Both the position numbers and the translations under genes were made by a program. From contig OX597838.1 of the NCBI GenBank assembly GCA_951406725.2, positions 4,092,001 through 4,156,000 on the forward strand: a stretch of 64,000 bases of DNA, in the 5' to 3' direction. This DNA comes from Octopus vulgaris (Eukaryota). Positions 1 through 10,441 of the stretch are shown piece by piece (positions within the stretch are counted from its first letter, which is position 1; each line of letters starts with the position of its first letter). The notes beneath the pieces are model-generated. The model was not told the DNA's origin. It made no database searches and saw only the letters and a list, made by a program, of their open reading frames with translations.

Positions 1-92
1 TTTGTGATTGAATTCAGTAGGTGGAAGTTACTGCCGTGTGTGTATGTGTGCGTATAGCTGCTCAGTGCCTCTCCGAAAGAGAGAGAGAGGGA
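1..92 (+). mobile_element. SINE family B, young subfamily, 3' part
   Basis: Near-identical to 1050-1135 and to the reverse complement of 3214-3305. Confidence 0.85.
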
Positions 93-197
93 TATACTGG
101 ACATAACTATATTACAACTAAGATGACCACAAAAATTAATTTGACTTCTGTTTGTAAAAAAAATTTGTCTAAATTCCACAGCAGACATAGAACTTAC

Positions 198-263
198 CTT
201 CAGAAATGTACTGGAATCGGTGTAGATTTCTTCAGGCTCATATTCATCAATATCATCAAAAGT
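198..263 (-). CDS. METTL14: METTL14 coding exon 4 (TFDDIDEYEPEEIYTDSSTFLK); gene continues beyond window start
   Basis: ttttttcttcag acceptor, GTAAGT donor. EEIYTDSSTFLK matches the conserved METTL14 EEIYKDSSTFLK that precedes GTQSLNPHNDY. Confidence 0.92.
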
Positions 264-317
264 CTGAAGAAAAAAAAAGAAAAGAAAAGTTATACAAAGC
301 TTATGGGTTTACAGACA

Positions 318-395
318 ATGATGGTGGTGGTGGTAGTAGTTGTGGTGATGGTGGGGATGACGGTAATGGTAGTAGTACTGGTGGTGGTGGTGCTG
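318..395. repeat. Degenerate (GGT/GTA/GAT)n trinucleotide repeat
   Basis: atgatggtggtggtggtagtagttgtggtgatgg... Confidence 0.85.
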
Positions 396-726
396 ACAGC
401 AGTTCTTATTTAGATATTTCATTAATAATTTAACAATTTGCCGATTGTCTAACGCCACACAAATAAATCTATGTAACACACCAACAACATATGCCTATGA
501 AACACACAGTTCAAATGCATATTATCCATTGGTTAAACCATATCAACCTCCAAAAACTAAAAGTCTGGTAAAAAAAAAAGGGACGTTTAGAATGAACTTA
601 CGAAAACGGTTTGGACAGACCAAAGATTACATATTTGGATATCTCATATCGTTATAAAATTTATTTAAATGTTTAATTATGCCACATCGTTTATAAATCT
701 ATTTAAGTAGTTAATTATCTTCTCAC

Positions 727-814
727 CTTGTTCTTGTTGTTGTCCAATGCCACAGAAGTTTCGCTGGATGTAGTGAGACGGGAAGGATAGTTCAAACTGC
801 TGCTCCCACTGGCG
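727..814 (-). CDS. METTL14: METTL14 coding exon 3 (..SASGSSSLNYPSRLTTSSETSVALDNNKNK), divergent low-complexity linker
   Basis: Open frame with phase 2->0, which is what is needed to join exons 2 and 4. Pyrimidine tract plus AG acceptor (alternative in-frame CAG would start the exon at 808); GTGAGA donor. Little sequence similarity, so called on splice and phase logic. Confidence 0.7.
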
Positions 815-874
815 CTTCGGGAATAAAAATAATACATTAAGAATCCAGAAACACCAAAGATCTAAACAATATAT

Positions 875-2220
<1,346 letters not shown>

Positions 2221-2663
2221 TAGGTGCAGGCATGGCTGTGTAGTAGAAAGTTTGCTTCCCAACCACAGGTTCAGTTCCATTGGGGTCAAATCCTTCAACT
2301 AAAATTCTTCAAGGCAGTACCCTAGTATGACTGCAGTCAAAGGGTTAGAGACAGGAAGGGCATCCAGCTAGAAAATCAATCCCTCAATAATATATGCATC
2401 TAACCCATTGTGCTAACAGGGAAAGAAGATGTTCTGGGTTTCAATTATTTTAGATATCGCAAAGAATTTAGTAAAATGACTTGGTTATTATTAAGGTGGC
2501 GTTAGGGACATAAATTGTGACTAAGGTCTGGTGGAAGATTTTAATTCAAAACTTATGGAAACAAGACATTTGTACTCAGAGCCAGGACCAGTTTCAGCTG
2601 GATTGGTAACGAAAGGGTTAAATGCTAATGGATTAAGCGGGCAGTGATTAGTAGAGGTCTTAC

Positions 2664-2740
2664 CTGTCCTGAAGCTTCTTCTCAGCGTTAACATCACTGT
2701 GTAGAATTGTCTTTAATCCTTCTGGACCGGAAGCTCCCAG
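2664..2740 (-). CDS. METTL14: METTL14 coding exon 2 (LGASGPEGLKTILHSDVNAEKKLQD..)
   Basis: tcttttgcag acceptor, GTAAG donor, 77 nt, phase 0->2. Resembles human LGAESADSIGAVLNS. Confidence 0.85.
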
Positions 2741-3037
2741 CTGCAAAAGAATATCATGGTTTGGTCAACAGTGGCTGTGGTTGTATGAGTCACAGTGGAA
2801 TTGACATTAATGTAGTAGTGTAGATGGTGAAATAGTGAAAGGAGTCACAACATGAGGGGTGTTAAGGGGAGTGCAGGGCCTGACCAAGACCCGTAGAGGC
2901 CATAAGCACTTTAAAGATTTTGGTACCCTCATATATATGTTATACAAAATATATGAATAATAATAAACTATCAAATAAATTTGTATTTTTCAAAATGAAA
3001 AAAGAAAATAACAGTAAAATGGAAAATATTAATAAAG

Positions 3038-3435
3038 TTAAGAGATGAGGAATTATGTGCATTATTTACATTTGACGGTTATTTGTCCTCATCTTGTTTG
3101 TTGTTAACACATTTCAGCTGATATACCTTCCAGCCTGAACGTATATCAGCCTGGAGGCTGGGGGTACATCAGCCGAAACGCTGTGTTAACAACAAACAAG
3201 ATGAGGACAAATATCCCCTCTCTCTCTTTCGGAGAGGCACTGAGCAGCTATACGCACACATACACACACGGCAGTAACTTCCACCTACCGAATTCAATCA
3301 CAAAGCTCCGGTCGGCTTGGGGCTATAGCGGAAGACACCTACCCAAAGTGCCACGCAGTGGGACTGAACCCGAAACCATATAGCTAGGAAGCAAGCTCCC
3401 TAACCACACAGCCATGCCATCAAATGTAAATAATG
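3038..3435. mobile_element. Short palindromic copy of the hammerhead-tailed element
   Basis: Arms attatttacatttg..tttgtcctcatcttgtttgttgttaacac / gtgttaacaacaaacaagatgaggacaaat..caaatgtaaataat; same family as 56636-57112. Confidence 0.75.
3214..3418 (-). mobile_element. SINE family B, young subfamily, inserted into a palindromic element
   Basis: Inverted near-identical copy of 936-1135; splits the right arm of the 3038-3435 palindrome. Confidence 0.88.
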
Positions 3436-4164
3436 GAAAATGATAATGTTTATTTTTGTCTAATTCCACTTTATTTATATATGAAGAGTTTTCTCCTACT
3501 TATTTTAATTGCAAAGTCTAATCAGATCCTCAAAATTAATCTTATGTAACAGATCCACATTTAGTAGAGACAAGGCATCCTGAATATTATTTTAGCAAGT
3601 TGAAAGTGATTTCTTTTGTGCCATAAACCATTTACCATTTCTGTGGTGCCCCCTCCCCCTTTCCTTGGTGTCCTAAGCACGGCTTATTTTGCTTAACTGT
3701 TAATCCAGCAATGGTGGGTGGATTAGATGGTGAAATAATGAAAAGTGTCATAGCACAAGTGATATTATGGTGGGTAAAAATGTATATAACTGTCTCTTGA
3801 ATGTGTAAAAATGTTTATAATAATAACCCTGGGAAATGTCCATAAATATTGTATTTGAACAGTGGAATACAGAAATAGTGTGTGTGTGTGTGTGTGATCA
3901 TGTAAGTAGCAAAAGGTTAATCAAAGAAACTGATTAACCCTTTACCATTCTGAATACTCTGTCAAATGTAATGCTTATTAATTTACACTACTTCACCATT
4001 CGAATGTGATCCTTACCAACGTCGCCTTACTGGCATCTGTGCCGGTGGCAGCAAGATGCAAGCAAGGCAGGTAGAATATTCTAACCAGATATGTCCAGTT
4101 TAAATGCTAAAGGGTGAAACCAGCCTCAAATACCCTGTCCTTGAAAATATGTGATTTGGTAGCA

Positions 4165-6240
4165 AGGTGAACTGGCAGAATTGTTAAGGCTTCGAAGGCG
4201 GCGAACTGGCAGAAACGTTAGCACACCGGGCGAAATGCGTAGCCATATTTCGTCTGCCATTACGTTCTGAGTTCAAATTCCGCCGAGGCCAACTTTGCCT
4301 TTCATCCTTTTGGGGTTGATTAAATAAATACCAGTTACGCAATGGGGTCGGTATAATCGACTTAATCCGTTTGTCTGTCCCCTCTGTGTGTAGCCCCTTG
4401 TGGGCAATAAAGAAATAAGAATTGTTAAAACTTTTCACAAAATGTTTAGCAGCATTTTGTCTGTCTTTATGTTCTGTGAACAAATTCTGCTGAGGTTAAC
4501 TCTGCCTTTGATTTTCTCAGGATGGATGAAATAAATACCAGTCAAGCACTGGGGGTCAATGTAATCAACTCCCTCCCTCCTTCAAAATATTAGACCCTTG
4601 GGCCTAAAGCAGCAAGCTGGACAACATGATGATGTTGATGACTGCTTTGAACTAATCATGCATATGATGTAACTTCAAGATTTTGATGATGTGATTGTTT
4701 TCAGAATGACATTGTGGGTAGGGGTGAAAGTAAATGATCTGGAGCTCCCTCCCCCAAATCATTATCATTAAGGTGACAAGCTGGCAGATATTTTGGCTAG
4801 ATTTAGACAAAATGCTTAAAGTTCCTCTCGCTCTTTATATTGCTCTGTTCAAACAACACTGAATTAGCTTTGCCTTTCATCCTTTCAGAGTTGATAAAAG
4901 AAGTAGCAGTTGAACACTAGGATCAACGTAATCGGCTGGTTTGAAGCCTTGTGCTTATAATAGTATTATTATTATTATTATCATTATTATAAGACGGCAA
5001 GCTGGCAGAGTCGTTAGCACGGTGGACAAAACGCTTGGCATTTTGCATGTTGCTACATTCTGAGTTCAAATTCTGCTGAGGTCGGCTTTACCTTTTCATC
5101 CTTTCAGGGTCGATAAAATAACTACCAGTTGCATACTGGGGTCGACAGTATGTAACCGACACATCCCCTCCCCCCAAATTGCTGCCCTTTTGGCCAAATT
5201 TGAAATCATTATTATTATTATTGTTATTAAGGCAGTGAGTTGGCAGAAACGTTAGCACGTCGGGTGAAATGCGTAGCCATATTTCGCCTGCCATTACCTT
5301 CTGAGTTCAAATTCTGTTACGGTCAACTTTGCCTTTAATCGTTTCAAGATTGATAAAATAATTACCAGCTAAGTATTGCAGTGGGGTGGGGGGGAGCAAC
5401 CCCCACAACATTTCAGGCCTTGTACCTATAGTAGAAAGAATTATTATTAAGGTTGTGAGCTAGCAGAATCAGTAGAGCATCAGGCAAAATGCTTAGTGGC
5501 ATTCCTTCCAGTTCTTTCGGTGCTGAGCTCAAACATGCCTTTCATTCTTTTGTGGTCGATAAAATAAGCAACAGTCAAGTACAGAGGACAATGTAATTAT
5601 AATAATAATAATAATAATAATGAAATTATTGTATACAGTGCTCAGGTACACCACAACTTGTCAAAAGTGCGTATAAAGCATATGCAGTAATGTAGAAATG
5701 TCTGGGAAGCGAACAGTGTATGAGTCAGATGCATGCTTGCGTGTGTGTATGGAGGGGAGAAAGATCAGGTGTAGTGTTGGCGAATCTCAAGAAGCATGGA
5801 AGTTTTGAAGGATGCAGTGCTCCGACAACTAACAACTGATGCTGGCAGTTTGTTCCATGCTTCAGCAACTCTTAGCGTGAAAAAATATTTCCGAAAGTCA
5901 TGGAAGGAGCTGTGCTGTTTTCTGACTTTGCAAACATGTCAAATTGATTGAAGCCCTCCCACTAAAATTGATAGCCTAGGCCAAATTCTAAATCCATTAT
6001 TATTATTACTTTTACCAATCTATTCTACTATAAGAATTAGGCCTGAAATTTTAGGGAAGGATAAAATGCTTAGAGGCATTTCGTCCGTCTTAACATTCTG
6101 AGTTCAAACACCGCCGAGGTCGATTTTGCCTTTCATCCTTTCAGGGTCGATACATTAAGTACCGGTGAAACACTGGGGTCGATGTAATCAATTAGTCCCC
6201 TCCCCACAAAATTTCATGCCTTGTGCCTATAGTAAAAAGG
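4165..6240 (+). mobile_element. Tandem cluster of SINE family A copies (ggcgagctggcagaa..gagttcaaattccgccgaggtcgactttgcctttcatcctttcggggtcgataaa..gtaccag) in METTL14 intron 1
   Basis: At least six copies separated by (ATT)n. The conserved central gcctttcatcc..gtcgataaa..agtacc segment resembles the Meta/Sauria-type SINE domain (recalled). Confidence 0.88.
5625..5940 (-). mobile_element. 3' end of CR1/L2-clade LINE
   Basis: Minus frame HDFRKYFFTLRVAEAWNKLPASVV matches the CR1-group ORF2 C-terminal FFxxRVxxxWNxLP; ends at an (ATT)n tail. Confidence 0.75.
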
Positions 6241-6768
6241 ATAATGAATACGTACACCGCCGGTTTTCGGCGTAATAAAAACCCTAACCGTAAACCTTCA
6301 CCACCGGGTGTACGTATTCTTTACCTTCGTCTTATTATTATTACTATTTGGGTCGTATGTGACAAAATAGAGGAACGACGCCGGAACCGGAGTATTCCGT
6401 CACGCCAGTTATGCTCCAGATTCAGTCTCACCGAAGTCCATAAAACAAAGAACTGGGGACTTTGATACAAACGATGTGACAATATTCTGTCCGTAAAATG
6501 AACAGTAAATTGTGCCCTATTTTAGAAGACAATTACAACAGTTGCGGTTGCCTCTTAGCGACTTATGTCCGCATCTTAGCTTCAATTTTTGATCAAAACC
6601 ACTTCGTTTCTCTCGCACTGCTACAATGCTGGAAATGTTCGCAAATTCCCAGGTTTCTCATCCTTCAAATACAAACCTCCAATAGACAGGATTTTTTAGG
6701 TTTATTGCAAAACAAAGCTAAAACCTGTAAGATAGAGCTTGGAACTAATGAGATTTAAAAATACTTAC

Positions 6769-6834
6769 GGCCAAGGCCAGAAGCTTCTTCCTTTCCTGAG
6801 ATCTCTCTCGAAGTTCTTTCAGTCGTTCATTCAT
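6769..6834 (-). CDS. METTL14: METTL14 coding exon 1 (MNERLKELRERSQERKKLLALA)
   Basis: ATG at 6834-6832, 22 codons, then GTAAGT donor. Resembles the human METTL14 N-terminus [22 protein letters not shown] and has the same 66-nt phase-0 exon (recalled). Confidence 0.9.
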
Positions 6835-7600
6835 TATTCTCGGGTTTTCTTTGTGGTTTGCGGTAAACCTAACCGAATATTAAGGTGTGTAGCGGTCAAC
6901 TAATATAACTGACACTCATCAAAGCGGAAGAAATGTTCGTAATACCATAACTGGACCCAGTGGGGGAGATTTTCCGGTTTAAAAGAGGTTTTCCTTCCAA
7001 TTCAGAGCTGAATATAATAATATAAAGAGATGTGTAATGTGTGTGTGTTTAGTCCGTTTCTGCTGTTGCTGGACGTTATAAAGATACATTTAATTAAAGA
7101 ACCGGGCGGGAAATTCACCAGAAACCACGCCACATTCTGCTAATGAAGCCAGGTGTCCGTTAATGATTTTGTAACATTGTAATTATCAAGGCGGCAGAAA
7201 GGAAAACATTTTCCCGATTCACCGCACGCAGACGGTGACACGCTGAAGAAATCCCCCGTTCAAATATAACCGCGATTCTATTCCAAGTCATATTTGGCCG
7301 TTAGCGTTTCGCCCAGTGATGTTCTTTCTCACTCTTTCGAATAAAATGAAATTTAAAAAAAAAAACTATAAAAACACTTTGTAGTGACTTGGGGATGAGG
7401 GGAAAGGGTCATTACTCGCGAACTTAACGACAAGATCTTTAAAGCTGACATCGGCACCCCCCTTTTTTTTTTTTTTGTCAGAAGCGGGACACACTATTAA
7501 AAAAAATTATGAATGTGTTATTTTCAACTTGAAATACGGTATGCCATTCTGCAAGTCCCACGGGCCGCAATTTGCCCTATAAATACAGTAAACTATTGCA
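6835..7600. promoter_or_regulatory. CpG-enriched promoter/5'UTR region of METTL14, possibly bidirectional
   Basis: Visibly higher CpG density (from about 6250 to 7700) than the CpG-depleted surroundings; lies directly upstream of the METTL14 ATG and lacks SINEs. Confidence 0.6.
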
Positions 7601-8366
7601 TGCTTGTTTAATTCCTTTTGTTAATCTCTTTTGTTTGAACTTGCTGAGTTAACAGGAAGAGGCAGGGCCAACAAGCCTTCCGGTCCCTCGAAGACTGGAG
7701 AATTTGAAAACATAAGCGAGGAGTAGATTCCAATAGAATTATAATCTAAGGAAAGAAGGATTGGGGCATAAAAGGTTTAAGAAAGAGGAAACGTTTTGTC
7801 GCACCAAGAATGACGGGATGCGGAGAAATAAGCGATTGTATTACAAAATTACGAAAAAAATTTTTTTCTTTCGGTTTGAGAATTAATTAGCTTTAATTTA
7901 TGTTTTTATGAATCTACGGCAAATCATCCTAGAATCTCTGCCTTGGCCACATATCAGCACTGACCGAGCAAGACCTTGAGTCAAAGACGTTCCAAACTTA
8001 ACTATATTCTCATCTGCCTCTACTATTTTTATACTTAGCATATAAAATATATCTAGAACTACAATGTCCGTACTTATTTGACATAGTCCAGTGTTATTTG
8101 TGTAAGATTTGGTTCTTATTTTTAGCAGGTCGCTTTGGTTCGCAATTATTTCCCATAAATCGGAGAGGGAAAGAGTTATGTCCCTTAGACCAGTATCTTT
8201 AAAGGAACGGAATTCATTTTTATCACATATTTTAAAAGAAAAAAAAATGTTAGTTCTTACAAAAATGGAATAAATTATTTTATAGTAAGAAAGAGGGGGG
8301 TGGATAAATGTTTCGGTTAGAAATTTCTTATTTGGAAAGAAATAAAATTCAAATATTTAACGATTA

Positions 8367-8710
8367 GGCGCAGGCATGGCTGTGTGGCGAGACGTTTGCT
8401 TCCCAACCGTGAAGTCCTGGGTTCGGTCCCACTATTTGGCACCTGGACAAGTGTCGTCTACTATAGTCCTGGGCCAATCAAAGCTTTTGAATAGATTTGG
8501 CAGACGGAAACTGAAATAAGCCCATGTGTATGTGTATCGTAGTCCCGAACCACAGCTTGATAACCGATATTGGTTTGTTTACGTCCCCGTACCATAGCGG
8601 TTCGGGTAAAAGACACACTGATAGAATAAGCATTAGGGTGGATTTATTAGATTAAAACCCTTCAATGTGGCGCTCCAGCAGGGCCGCAGTTCAATCACTG
8701 GAACAAGTAA
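8367..8710 (+). mobile_element. SINE family B, full length
   Basis: ggcgcaggcatggctgtgtgg...gacggaaactgaa...ccgcagttcaatcactgg. Confidence 0.85.
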
Positions 8711-8964
8711 ACGATAGTGTTAGACAGGCAGATTGCATAGCATGTCTATAATATGCGTGGGATAATCGTCTGTGATAATCCAAAGATTATAAAGTCAGAT
8801 CTAACAGGGAACCGTGAAACCTTTCCATCTGCTGGAAGTAGCCACCAAATCTTCCTTGGGTTTATATACCATATTGTCTCTTAAAAATGATACTTTGAAT
8901 GGTGTACTATGCCTTTAAAGCAGAACCGAAACGAAATGATTATTGCTGTGAGGCCTTTGATAAT

Positions 8965-9038
8965 AGGGCTGATCAGGGCTGACTGGGGCTGATCAGGGCT
9001 GACTGGGGCTGATAGGGCTGAGTGGGGCTGATCAGGGC
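8965..9038 (+). repeat. 10-bp minisatellite (GGGCTGATCA/GGGCTGACTG), about 7.5 units
   Basis: Directly visible; eight G3-4 tracts. Confidence 0.9.
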
Positions 9039-10441
9039 CCTTTTGAGGTTAAACAAAATCGATGTTTCAACTAAAATATAAATACAGATTTTGTAAAAGA
9101 TCGTCAAAGAAAGACTTTTAATCATTACAGATAGCTGCATTTATTAAATATAGCAATTTTATCGATATTAGTCGTTAATCTATTTAAATTATTAATAATA
9201 AATTATATGTTAAGATCAAAAATTATTATTAAATGACATTTAAAATATCAAAATGATTCATTTCGAAACTAAGGCTCAGAAACTGGTTATAACTGTCAAT
9301 TTACATCGAGTAGGATAAGAAAGTTCGACATTATTTTAATATCTGCACATTTTGAAAATAATTACTCCGTTTTATTTTTAAAATATTACAATGGATATTT
9401 ACGGGTCATTTTTGAAACTTTTCTTTTTCTCTTTACGCGAACAGATATGAAACGCAATGTCTTCTTGTTCGAAACTAGAGTTGGGAGGCTGGCTTTAGTT
9501 GTTTATTCACCATCATGGCCAACACTGTCGTGTTCCGACGTCTGCTAAAATCTCTTTCGCTGAATTCTTCCTTCAACAATGTTGTTCGGTGAATAGAAAC
9601 TTATAATTTACCTTTATATGTTTTCAGCAATTGTTTTAGCATCCGTCCCATATCTTCCTGTCATCTGTAATATTACAACTCAACGGAGAGCAGCCTCTGT
9701 TTATAGTCACATCCCGTTTGCAATCAGCACAGTTTTCTGTGGTCTATTTACTGCAATTCCAGCTGTTGACACATTCGCTTATAATCAGATTTTGTGGTGT
9801 AAAAATTTTCTATAATAATACTCTTGTGTTTTTCTCCGTCACAACATATGAATGAGAAATGGGCGATCTTACGGTTTGAGTACCGTTTACGTCAACTGGA
9901 CCACATGCGATTGTTTACATAAGATCGGTTCCTGTAACGAAAGATCGCCGAGAAAGGAAGTGGTGATGGCAAACTGGTAGTGAGATGATGGAAATTCTAC
10001 GGTGAAAAATGTCCAAACAGCGTTTCAATTCTGTGTGTGCACATGGGAAGTATGTGAATGTTTGTATGTGCGAACCAGAGTTCTTCCAGTAACACGATGA
10101 TAGATGTGGCATCTCAAAAGACAACCATTAGATAACATTGACGAGTGTGTTAATTTGATTGACCATCCATATTCTATCTGCTGTGTTATAAATAATTATC
10201 ACAGTCACACACACTTACACAAGCATATACAAACTCATTAGAGAAAATAATTATTGCCTGAGTGTATCAAGAATATAAAACGACCGCAGTTGAAAGGTTT
10301 ATCATAAATACACATTTAACGGTTAAAACATGTCCTTTATTTACATTAAGGAATTTATGCATAGGGAGTTTTTACATCAGCTGTAAGTCATGGACGGCTT
10401 TTTGTGGCTTTAAGTCGTATGAGTTTAGGTTCGTTTCAATA

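Larger units (their letters stand above)
2875..3711. mobile_element. Degenerate CAGGGCC-type (hAT-like) MITE carrying nested insertions
   Basis: Starts cagggcctgacc..., ends ...ttaatccagcaatg (degenerate TIR); internal ggtgccc/taagcac subterminal motifs. Confidence 0.45.

Noticed and set aside
21-433. Plus-strand 130-aa and 75-aa ORFs with poly-V/G tracts
   Set aside because: Antisense to METTL14 exon 4, plus SINE and trinucleotide repeat sequence.
10262-10441. 60-codon N-terminal extension of the Rep ORF in the ORF track
   Set aside because: Starts at GTG in a eukaryote and has no homology; the first good ATG is 10442.
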